Assembly: GCA_963668645.2 (NCBI GenBank)
Contig: CAXXWC010000019.1
Coordinates: 320,001-384,000, forward strand
Direction: 5' to 3'
From: Desulfobacterales bacterium
GTDB taxonomy: Bacteria > Desulfobacterota > Desulfobacteria > Desulfobacterales > UBA2174
Length of the DNA stretch: 64,000 bases
Shown here: piece by piece, positions 44,469 through 52,506 of the stretch
How the letters are laid out: every line of letters starts with the position of its first letter
Position numbering within the stretch: the first letter of the stretch is position 1
Position numbers and translations under genes: made by a program
The notes under the pieces: generated by a model
The model's input: only the letters and a program-made list of their open reading frames with translations
The model's database searches: none
Told to the model about the DNA's origin: nothing

Positions 44469-44929
44469 TTGTCCAAGGCGGCGTGGTGGGCTTTGATGTT
44501 TTCCAGCAGGATCGAGAAGAACAAAGCCCCCTTTTCGTCGCCCAGTTGGCGGCGCAGGTCGATGACATGGGCCTCGAAGGCCTCGGCCTGTTTCATCTCC
44601 TGGCGCCCCACGGCCTCGATGGACCGGTGCAGTTGCGCCAGGTCAAGGGCCCCGGCGCGGGCCAGGGTGGCAAGAACGGTGTCGCGGGCCTGATGGAGGC
44701 TTCGATTATGGCCCTCGATGGACGTCCTGAAGCGTTGGATGTTGTCCAGCGCGACCTTCTGGCGGGCCGCAGGCAGATCCAATCGCTCGACGATCCCCAC
44801 CAGTTCGGACCAGGAACGCGCGTGGGTCGATTCGGTCTGCTGCCATCCCATGGTCATGGCCATGACGAGGAACCCGATATTCAAGGCTACCGAAAAGAGG
44901 ATACCTATCCGTTTGTAAGTCAGTTTCAC
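44465..44929 (-). CDS. Periplasmic heavy-metal-sensor / Spy-CpxP-like protein
   Basis: GTG start coupled to the anti-sigma stop; SVALNIGFL anchor then helical domain. Confidence 0.7.
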   Translation of the reverse strand: MKLTYKRIGILFSVALNIGFLVMAMTMGWQQTESTHARSWSELVGIVERLDLPAARQKVALDNIQRFRTSIEGHNRSLHQARDTVLATLARAGALDLAQLHRSIEAVGRQEMKQAEAFEAHVIDLRRQLGDEKGALFFSILLENIKAHHAALDK

Positions 44930-45333
44930 GGCAAGATTCCTTTGCTGGCGTAAAGGGTCTGGTAGGGGTTGGCCGAGCCGTCGCGGTCCTGAAGCGAAAC
45001 GGTGGTGCCGAGCACCGCCCCGCAAAGCAGCCCGGCCAGCACCGCTGTGCAGACCGCACCGCGCATGGCCATGCTCAGTCCCCGCCACCATTCACGCATC
45101 TTCGGCTTTTCCAGGCGCTTGCGCAAGCAGCCCAGGGTGCGGTCTGCCAAACCGGCCGGCGCCTGGACGCCCGGCAGCCCGTCCAATAGGGACGTCATTG
45201 CCTGCAGCGCCTCGGCCCTGCGGCGGCAGGCCGGGCAGTGGTCCAGATGGTCGCTGATCTTGCGGTGCTCGGCGGCATTCATCTCGCCGTCGGCCCAAGC
45301 GTCGAGCCGGGTTGTGATTTGATGGCACTGCAT
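44926..45333 (-). CDS. Zinc-finger (ZAS) anti-sigma factor
   Basis: MQC..LDAWADGEM..HLDHCPAC and C-terminal TM. Confidence 0.88.
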   Translation of the reverse strand: MQCHQITTRLDAWADGEMNAAEHRKISDHLDHCPACRRRAEALQAMTSLLDGLPGVQAPAGLADRTLGCLRKRLEKPKMREWWRGLSMAMRGAVCTAVLAGLLCGAVLGTTVSLQDRDGSANPYQTLYASKGILP

Positions 45334-45463
45334 CTCGTCCTCCCGAAACGTGGGGCGATGATCCAGCCCCGTCCCCGGTTCGCCCCTTGCGGACAGAGGA
45401 AAAAACCGGCTGTCCTTTTCCTTCCGCAGGAGCGCTCTAAATGCGATCTCCTATATTGAGAAG

Positions 45464-45498
45464 TAACGGCCCGGCCCCCGATTCCCTGCGCAAAAATT
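45464..45498 (-). promoter_or_regulatory. Putative ECF-sigma autoregulatory promoter
   Basis: Minus strand TTTTTGCGCAGG-N14-GCCGTTA. Confidence 0.7.
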
Positions 45499-45504
45499 TT
45501 TGAC

Positions 45505-45547
45505 TTGACAGGGTGTGGGCATTTGCCTAAGCTCCGGGCATATGCTC
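45505..45547 (+). promoter_or_regulatory. sigma70 promoter with overlapping tandem operator
   Basis: TTGACA-17 bp-TAAGCT; GGGCATTTGCCT (45517) and GGGCATATGCTC (45536). Confidence 0.7.
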
Positions 45548-45580
45548 ACCGAGAATCTCGTCTCTTTCATGGAGCCGATT

Positions 45581-46552
45581 ATGCCCCCACAAACCGATCG
45601 CCAGGCCGCCGTCGAACTGCTGACCCGTGTCGCCTGCCTCTATTACCTCGAAGCCAAGACCCAGGACCAGGTGGCCAAGGAGTTGAAGATCTCCCGCCAG
45701 AAGGTCCAGCGCCTGCTCCAACAGGCGCGCCAGGAAGGCATCGTCGAAATCCACATCCACACCCTGCCCCTGGTGCCGATGGAGATCGAAAAAAAGCTCA
45801 CGGCCCATTTTCCCATCCTGGAGGCGGTGGTGACCACGGCCAGCGGCGACGAGACCACCCGGCGCCAGTCGGTGGCCCGCGCCGCGGCCGCATGGCTCGA
45901 ACGCCACGCCACCGGCGGCATGACGATCACCGTGGGCATGGGCCGCAACATGGACGCCCTGGCCGGGGCCTTCGCCCCCCGCCAGGCGGTGGACTGCACC
46001 TTCGTCAGCGCCATGGGCGGATCGCCCAAGGTCAACGAGTCGAACAACCCCAACGACATCTGCACGCGCCTGGCCACCGCCGCCGGCGGCCGCGCCGCCT
46101 CCCTCTTCGCCCCGGCTTACGTGGAAAGCCAACGGGTGCGCGACATCCTGCTGAACCAGGAGGCGGTGGCCCAGACCCTGACCCAGGCCCGCCGGGCCGA
46201 CATGGCTGTGGTGGGCATCGGTACCCCGCGCGACACCTGCACCCTGGTGCGCATGGGCTGCCTGTCGCTGGCCGAAGCCCTGCGCCTGCGCCAGAGCAAC
46301 GCGGTGGGCGACATGCTCGGATACTACTTCGACGCCCAGGGGCGGGAGGTGCCGTCCGATCTGCACAACCGCCTCGTCGGGTTGACCCTCAACGACCTGA
46401 ACGCCATCGACGGGGTGATGGCCATCGCCAGTGAAGCCGGCAAGGCCGCGGCGATCCTGGGGGCACTGAAAACCGGTGCGGTGCAGGTCCTGGTCACCGA
46501 TGCGGAAAACGCCATCGAAGTGCTCAGACTCGCCGGCCTGCAGACCGACTAG
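45581..46552 (+). CDS. SorC/DeoR-family sugar-binding transcriptional regulator
   Basis: VACLYYLEAKTQDQVAKELKISRQKVQRLL, VVGIG, AVGDMLG, LVTD; GGAG RBS. Confidence 0.93.
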   Translation: MPPQTDRQAAVELLTRVACLYYLEAKTQDQVAKELKISRQKVQRLLQQARQEGIVEIHIHTLPLVPMEIEKKLTAHFPILEAVVTTASGDETTRRQSVARAAAAWLERHATGGMTITVGMGRNMDALAGAFAPRQAVDCTFVSAMGGSPKVNESNNPNDICTRLATAAGGRAASLFAPAYVESQRVRDILLNQEAVAQTLTQARRADMAVVGIGTPRDTCTLVRMGCLSLAEALRLRQSNAVGDMLGYYFDAQGREVPSDLHNRLVGLTLNDLNAIDGVMAIASEAGKAAAILGALKTGAVQVLVTDAENAIEVLRLAGLQTD

Positions 46553-46570
46553 ACCGGCCGGAATCACGAC

Positions 46571-47347
46571 ATGAACCTTTCGGTAGCCTTTCTGCCAGTC
46601 CTGAGTTCAGGCTGGAAAAACCGCATCTGCATCGTCATCGACGTCCTGCAGGCCAGCTCCAGCATCGTCACCTTCCTGGAAAACGGCGCCGAGGCCGTCC
46701 ACCCGGTCCATGCGGTGGAAGCGGCCCGCAAACTCGCCGCGGACCGGGGCCTGCTCCTGTTCGGGGAGCGCGGCGGGCTGCCGCTGCCGGGCTTCGACGG
46801 CGGCAACTCGGCCCTTGAGCTCCGCGATCTGGACCTGCACGGCAAACGGCTGGTTATGACCACCACCAACGGCACCGCCGCCCTGGAACAGGTGGCGGGC
46901 GACAACACGGTCCTGGTCGGCTGCGCCCGCAACTGCACGGCCTGCGTCACGGCGGCCCTCGCGCTGTCGGCCCGCAACGGGGCCGACCTGGGCATCGTCT
47001 GCGCCGGTTTCAGCGGCCGCTTCGCCCTGGACGACGCGGTCTGCGCCGGTCTGCTGGTGGACACCGCCTGCCGCCTGGCCGGCGCGCAATGGTGCCTGTC
47101 GGATGCCGCCGCAGCGGCCCGAACCCTCTACCGGACATCAGGCGGCCTGCAAGACGCCTTCGAACGCTCGGCCAGCGGCCGGCGGGTGCGGGAAATCGGC
47201 CACGGCGGGGATCTGGCGGTCTGCGCCCGCATCGACGCCAGCCGGACCGTGCCGCAGATCACCCATCATCAACCGCTCACCATCCGCGCCCAAGGCCACG
47301 AGACGCCCGGGCCGGAACGAGCACCCAAAAAGACGACACAGGTTTGA
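46571..47347 (+). CDS. ComB-family (2-phosphosulfolactate phosphatase-like) phosphatase
   Basis: IVIDVLQASSSI, GERGG, FDGGNS, MTTTNGT, IVCAG, FALDDAVCAG. Confidence 0.88.
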   Translation: MNLSVAFLPVLSSGWKNRICIVIDVLQASSSIVTFLENGAEAVHPVHAVEAARKLAADRGLLLFGERGGLPLPGFDGGNSALELRDLDLHGKRLVMTTTNGTAALEQVAGDNTVLVGCARNCTACVTAALALSARNGADLGIVCAGFSGRFALDDAVCAGLLVDTACRLAGAQWCLSDAAAAARTLYRTSGGLQDAFERSASGRRVREIGHGGDLAVCARIDASRTVPQITHHQPLTIRAQGHETPGPERAPKKTTQV

Positions 47348-47361
47348 GAAAGGAGTACTGC

Positions 47362-48678
47362 ATGTACGACCCAACGGCATTCACCATCCCGGAAGGCATC
47401 GTGGCCGACGACTATATTCTGGCCACCTATATCTACCGCACCGGTGCCCGGGTAAACATCCACAAGCTGGCCCTGGCCCTTTCCGAGGAACAGTCCTGCG
47501 GCACCTGGGTGAGCCTGGAAGGCGAGAGCACCGAGGTGCGCCAGCGCCACGTGGGCCGCATCGTCTCCATCTGGGAGGTGCCCGATCACGAATGCTTCCT
47601 GCCCGCGGATCTGACCCAGCGCACCTGGGTGATTCAGATCGCCTATCCGGTGCACAACATCGGCCCCCAGATCCCTCTGATGCTCACCACCGTGCACGGC
47701 AACATCTCGGCCGCCGGCGAGCTGAAGCTGGTGGATCTTTCCTTTCCCAAGAGCTACTGCGAATTTTTCAAGGGGCCCAAGTTCGGCGTCGAAGGGGTCC
47801 GCGACCTGCTCGGGGTTGACCGTCGTCCCCTGCTGCACACGATGATCAAGCCGTCCATCGGCCTGACGCCCGAACAGAGCGCCGAGGCCTTCTACCAGGC
47901 GGCCGTGGGCGGGGTGGACGCCGTCAAGGACGACGAGCTGGTGGTCTCCCATCCCTGGAGCCATTTCAAGGACCGGCTGCGCTGCCATCTGGAGGCCGGG
48001 CAACGGGCCTTCGACGAAACCGGAGAAAAAACCCTCTACTTTGTCAACGTCACCGACCGCGCCGACCGGCTGGTGGACAACGCCAAGGCCGCCATTGAGG
48101 CCGGGGCCAACGCCGTGATGGTCAACTATCTGGTGGTGGGCATCTCGGCCCTGAGCATGCTGGCCGACGATCCGGACATCTGCGTGCCGGTGCTGGCGCA
48201 CCTCGATTTCGCCGGCGCCATGTACGCCGCGCCTTGGTCCGGGGTCAGCTCCCATCTGGTTCTGGGCAAGCTGCCGCGGCTGGCCGGGGCCGACATCGTG
48301 GTCTATCCCAGCCCCTACGGCAAGTTCCCCCTGCTCCAGGCCAAGCACCTGCGCATCGCCCAGGCGCTCACCGACGGGTTCCACGGCCTCAAGCGGAGCT
48401 GGCCCATGCCCGGCGGTGGTGTGCATCCGGGCATGGTCGAGCAGCTCTACGCCGACATGAACAAGGATTTCATGGTCGGCGCCGGCGGGGCCGTGCACGG
48501 CCATCCCATGGGCCCGGCGGCCGGAGCCCGGGCCCTGCGCCAGGCCATAGATGCGGCCGTGGCCGGGATCGACGTGGAAGAGGCGGCCGGTGCCCACCCG
48601 GAGCTGGCCCGGGCACTGGAGAGCTGGGGCGTTTCAAAACCCGGGGTCAAAGGCCGCTACGACCTGATGGAGGGCTGA
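47362..48678 (+). CDS. RuBisCO-like protein (form IV)
   Basis: EEQSCGTW, GPKFG, IKPSIGL, VKDDE, PSPYGKF, PGGG, GAGGAVHGHP; AAGGAG RBS. Confidence 0.92.
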   Translation: MYDPTAFTIPEGIVADDYILATYIYRTGARVNIHKLALALSEEQSCGTWVSLEGESTEVRQRHVGRIVSIWEVPDHECFLPADLTQRTWVIQIAYPVHNIGPQIPLMLTTVHGNISAAGELKLVDLSFPKSYCEFFKGPKFGVEGVRDLLGVDRRPLLHTMIKPSIGLTPEQSAEAFYQAAVGGVDAVKDDELVVSHPWSHFKDRLRCHLEAGQRAFDETGEKTLYFVNVTDRADRLVDNAKAAIEAGANAVMVNYLVVGISALSMLADDPDICVPVLAHLDFAGAMYAAPWSGVSSHLVLGKLPRLAGADIVVYPSPYGKFPLLQAKHLRIAQALTDGFHGLKRSWPMPGGGVHPGMVEQLYADMNKDFMVGAGGAVHGHPMGPAAGARALRQAIDAAVAGIDVEEAAGAHPELARALESWGVSKPGVKGRYDLMEG

Positions 48679-48772
48679 ACCCCGGGACCGGAAATGCTTC
48701 GCGGTTGCCGATCGGAAGCCATCGACAGCGATGGCAAACAGATACCTCGGATCTCGTTAAAGGAGGTTCAAC

Positions 48773-50116
48773 ATGTCGGACAGACCGAAGATCATTGTGG
48801 CCGGAGTCCTCGATACGAAGGGAAACGAAATACGATTTCTCGCCGAGCGGGTGGAGGCCGCCGGCGGTGAGCCGCAGATTCTGGAACTGAGTGTCGGCAA
48901 GGAGGTCGGCTGGGCCGACATCGGCCTGAGCGAGGTACTGGCCCGGGTCGGACACAAACCCGAAGAAATCTTCGCCATGGAGCGGGGCCGGGCCTCGGAC
49001 ATCATCGTGTCCGGGGCTGTCGAGCTGGTGGCCGAACTCCTGGCCCAGGGGCGCCTGGACGGCATGATCGCCATGGCCGGGTCCATGGGCACCTCCATGG
49101 CGACGCGCATCATGCAGACCCTTCCCATCGGCATTCCCAAGATCATGCTCTCGACCATGGCCTCGGGCGACGTGCGGCCCTATGTCGGTACCAAAGACAT
49201 CAGCATGCTCTACCCCATCGCCGAAGTCGGCCTTAACCGCGTCACGCGCAAGATTCTCAACAACGCCGCCGGGGCGGTGGTCGGCATGGCCCGCATCCCC
49301 GAACCGGAGGCTGTCGAAGACAAACCCCTGGTGGGCTGCATGATGTTCGGCGTGACCACCCCGGCCGTGCTGCGGGCCTCGAAGTACTTCGAGAACAGGG
49401 GCTACGACGTGATGATCAACCACGCCGTGGGCAGCGGCGGTCGCTCCATGGAGGAGCTGATCGAAGACGGCTACATCGTCGGTGTCCTCGACATCACCAC
49501 CCATGAAATCGTCGACGAGATGCTCGGCGGGGTGCTCAGCGCCGGGCCGGACCGGCTGACGGCCGCCGGCCGCAGGGGCATCCCCCAGGTGGTGGCGCCC
49601 GGAGGACTCGATCTGATCAACTTCGGGCCGGCCGACACCGTGCCGGCCCACTTCAAGGCCGAGCTCGACAAGCCCGGCCGGGCCTACCACGTCCACAACC
49701 CCACGGTGACCATCGTCGGGGTGGCCGTGGAGGAAGTCTACGCCGTCGGCCGGCAGATCGCGGCCAAACTCAACCAGGCCACCGGCCCCACCGCCCTGTG
49801 CATCCCCATGCGCGGCTGGGGCGCCTACGACACCTGCGGCTGCAATCCGGAGCTGGGTTGGGCCGAAAACTGTGCCGCCCCCTGCTGGGTCGCCGACCCG
49901 CAGCGGCCCGAATGGTCGCTGCGGTCCAAGAATTTCGTTTCCGCCATCCGCGACGAGATCGACGGCGACAAGCCGAATCTCGACGTGCTGATCGTCGATC
50001 GGCACATGAACGAGCCGGCCTTCGCCGATCTGATGGCCGAACTGCTCGACGAGATGCTCGCCGGAACCTGGCGCAAGGGAAGCCATCACGGGCTGAGCGA
50101 GGTCTCGGCCCTTTGA
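48773..50116 (+). CDS. Tm-1-like ATP-binding domain protein (UPF0261)
   Basis: GVLDTKGNE, LPIGIPKIMLSTMASG, MFGVTT, GSGGRSME, VLDITTHE, PQVVAPG, VHNP. Confidence 0.9.
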   Translation: MSDRPKIIVAGVLDTKGNEIRFLAERVEAAGGEPQILELSVGKEVGWADIGLSEVLARVGHKPEEIFAMERGRASDIIVSGAVELVAELLAQGRLDGMIAMAGSMGTSMATRIMQTLPIGIPKIMLSTMASGDVRPYVGTKDISMLYPIAEVGLNRVTRKILNNAAGAVVGMARIPEPEAVEDKPLVGCMMFGVTTPAVLRASKYFENRGYDVMINHAVGSGGRSMEELIEDGYIVGVLDITTHEIVDEMLGGVLSAGPDRLTAAGRRGIPQVVAPGGLDLINFGPADTVPAHFKAELDKPGRAYHVHNPTVTIVGVAVEEVYAVGRQIAAKLNQATGPTALCIPMRGWGAYDTCGCNPELGWAENCAAPCWVADPQRPEWSLRSKNFVSAIRDEIDGDKPNLDVLIVDRHMNEPAFADLMAELLDEMLAGTWRKGSHHGLSEVSAL

Positions 50117-50172
50117 ACCCGGCCCCTGGGCCGGTTCGATACGCAAATCTTCAACGAGACGGAGGATGCAAC

Positions 50173-51039
50173 ATGGCCAAACGCTACACACGCGAAGAGT
50201 TGAACGCCCGGTTGAGAGAAACCCTCAAAAGCGGCAAACCGATCATCGTGGCCGGCGCCGGCGACGGCTTCACGGCCAAGCTGGAGGAAAAAGGCGGTGT
50301 GGACATCATCGGCATCTACAACTCGGGGCGCTTCCGCCACTTCGGGGCCGGCTCGCTCTCGGGGCTGATGCCGATGGGCCGCAACCAGGACATGGTGATG
50401 GACTACGCCCCGGAAGTACTCTCCATGGTCAAGCAGACCGCGGTGATCTCCGGCTTTTGCGCCCAGGATTCGCGCACCCTCTGGGAGTACTGGTTCACCA
50501 CCATGTCCCAGATGGGTGTCTCGGGCTTCATGAGCTTTCCCACCGTGGGGCTCATCGATGCCGACTCGCACTACCGGCGCAACCTGGAAGAATCGGGTCT
50601 CGGATTCGACAGGGAGGCCGAGGTCCTCAAGCTGGCCCACGACATGGGCTTTTTCACCATCGGCTACTGCTTTACCCCCGATGAGGCCAGGAAGGTCGCC
50701 GCAGCCGGAGTCGACATCCTCGCCTGCCACGTGGGGCTCACCGCCGGCGGGCTCATCGGGGCCGGAACGGTCAAGTCGACCGAAGAGAGCATCCGCATCA
50801 CCACTGAACTGATCAACGCCGCCAAAGAGGTCCGGCCGGCCTGCGATTTTCTGCCGATCACCCACGGCGGCATCATGGCCGATCCGGCCACCACCGCCCC
50901 GGTGATGGAGGCCACCGAAGCGGTGGGTTACCTCGGGGCTTCGAGCATCGAGCGCACCCCGGTGGAGCCGGCGGTGATCAACGTGTGCAAGGCCTTCAAG
51001 GAGATGCCGGTAAAAATTCCCGCCTGGGTCACCTTGTGA
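50173..51039 (+). CDS. PEP-hydrolase-like / TIM-barrel signal transduction family protein, copy 1
   Basis: GAGDG, IYNSGRFR, FPTVGLID, LEESGLGF, HVGLTAGG, HGG, GASSIER. Confidence 0.88.
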   Translation: MAKRYTREELNARLRETLKSGKPIIVAGAGDGFTAKLEEKGGVDIIGIYNSGRFRHFGAGSLSGLMPMGRNQDMVMDYAPEVLSMVKQTAVISGFCAQDSRTLWEYWFTTMSQMGVSGFMSFPTVGLIDADSHYRRNLEESGLGFDREAEVLKLAHDMGFFTIGYCFTPDEARKVAAAGVDILACHVGLTAGGLIGAGTVKSTEESIRITTELINAAKEVRPACDFLPITHGGIMADPATTAPVMEATEAVGYLGASSIERTPVEPAVINVCKAFKEMPVKIPAWVTL

Positions 51040-51117
51040 CCCTTCCCCCTCCACCACGCCCTGGGGGGCTGCTCCGGCGCCCCCCGCAGGGCCCCAACAC
51101 GCCACAGGAGGCCTGCC

Positions 51118-51954
51118 ATGGCCAAACGATACACCCGGGATGAAATCGTCGGGCGGCTGCGCCGCGAAGTGGCGGCCGGCCGGCCCCTTTTGATGTTCGG
51201 CGCCGGCATCGGGCTGACGGCCCGTTGCGCCGAACTCGGCGGGGCGGATCTGATCGCGGTCTATTCCACGGCGATCTACCGCATGATGGGCCAACCGTCC
51301 CACCTGGCCTTTCTGCCCTATTCCAACGCCAACGAACACGCGCTGCGCATGGCGCGCGAAATCCTGCCGGCCGTAAAGGAAACCCCCTGCATCGTGGGCA
51401 TCGGCGCCCATGACCCGGCCCTGGATATGGAGCGCTTCATCGACCGGATGGTCGAGCTGGGATTTTCCGGCGTCACCAACGAACCGTTCGCCGGCATCTA
51501 CGGACCCGCCTTCGCCGCCCAGCTCGAATCGGTGGGCCTGGGCTTTTCGCGCGAGGTGGAACTGATCCGCACGGCCCATGCCAAAGGCATCTTCACCTAC
51601 GGCTGGGCCTTCAATCCCGAAGAGGCCCGCACCATGGCGGCGGCCGGCGCCGACGTGGTCGGCGCCATCGTGGGCGTCACCGCCGGGGGCACCACCGGTG
51701 CGCCCCAAACTTTGAGCCTCGAGGCGGCCACCGCCCAGGTCCAGGCCATGGTCGTGGCGGCCAGGGAAGAAAACGACGGCATCCTGGTCTTCACCCACGG
51801 CGGCCCGTTCAAGGACCCGGAAACGGCCCGCTACTCCATGGCCAACTCGGACGCCGTCGGCTATGCGGCCGGCTCCAGCGGCGAGCGGCTGCCCACCGAA
51901 GAGGCGGTGGTCGGCGTGACCCGGGCTTACAAGCAGGCCGAACCGGCCGCCTGA
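51118..51954 (+). CDS. PEP-hydrolase-like TIM-barrel protein, copy 2 (divergent)
   Basis: GAGIGLTA, LPYSNAN, LESVGLGF, HGGP, SSGERLP. Confidence 0.85.
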   Translation: MAKRYTRDEIVGRLRREVAAGRPLLMFGAGIGLTARCAELGGADLIAVYSTAIYRMMGQPSHLAFLPYSNANEHALRMAREILPAVKETPCIVGIGAHDPALDMERFIDRMVELGFSGVTNEPFAGIYGPAFAAQLESVGLGFSREVELIRTAHAKGIFTYGWAFNPEEARTMAAAGADVVGAIVGVTAGGTTGAPQTLSLEAATAQVQAMVVAAREENDGILVFTHGGPFKDPETARYSMANSDAVGYAAGSSGERLPTEEAVVGVTRAYKQAEPAA

Positions 51955-52060
51955 GCCGGGGACAGGACCGGCAGGCCAGGGACCGTAAAGATGGAAAAAT
52001 CCCCTGCGATGAAACGATCTCAGAACTTTGACGCAGCCGTGTGAAAAACCGCCTCAAGAC

Positions 52061-52089
52061 TTGACAACAGGCCGAAATTTCACTAACTA
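52061..52089 (+). promoter_or_regulatory. sigma70-type promoter of the riboswitch leader
   Basis: TTGACA-17 bp-TAACTA. Confidence 0.55.
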
Positions 52090-52094
52090 TCGGC

Positions 52095-52272
52095 GGCAGA
52101 CGGCGCCCTGACGGGCCTAACAGGGAATCCCGTGCGAATCGGGAGCGGTCCCGCCGCTGTAACCCCGTTCCGACATCCGGAAAACGTTCATTCGCCAGAA
52201 TCGCATGCCACTGCCCCGTTGTTGGGTGGGAAGGCCGGCGGATGGGCGGGGAAGCCAGAAGACCTGCCGTCT
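52095..52272 (+). ncRNA. Cobalamin riboswitch
   Basis: AACAGGGAATCCCGTGCGAATCGGGAGCGGTCCCGCCGCTGTAA ... GCCACTG ... GGGAAGG ... AGCCAGAAGACCTGCC (B12 box). Confidence 0.93.
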
Positions 52273-52435
52273 CACTGTGTCTGCCGGCGCAAAACCGATC
52301 GGAGGCCGCATCGCGACACTGCCGCGACTGCCAGCGAAGATCCGTGCCCGTCACACCCGGCAGACCGGCATGCCGCCGTCCTGCGGGATAACAGGTAACG
52401 TCGGCATTCTATAAAGAGGGATCCGAAAACGGGGT

Positions 52436-52478
52436 AGCCCTCCGAGCCGTTACGGCTTGGCGGGCTTTTTTATTTTTC
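52436..52478 (+). terminator. Intrinsic terminator in the riboswitch leader
   Basis: AGCCC-T-CCGAGCCGT-t-ACGGCTTGG-C-GGGCT followed by TTTTTATTTTT, about 30 bp before the gene. Confidence 0.75.
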
Positions 52479-52506
52479 CATGCAAGATGTTACAGGAGGC
52501 GGAATC

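Noticed and set aside
46571..47347. Coenzyme M biosynthesis (comB)
   Set aside because: No comA/comC/comDE nearby; family membership alone does not establish the substrate.
47362..48678. True RuBisCO / Calvin cycle
   Set aside because: Key residues differ (IKPSIG, HLDF, PGGG) and there is no small subunit or phosphoribulokinase in the window.
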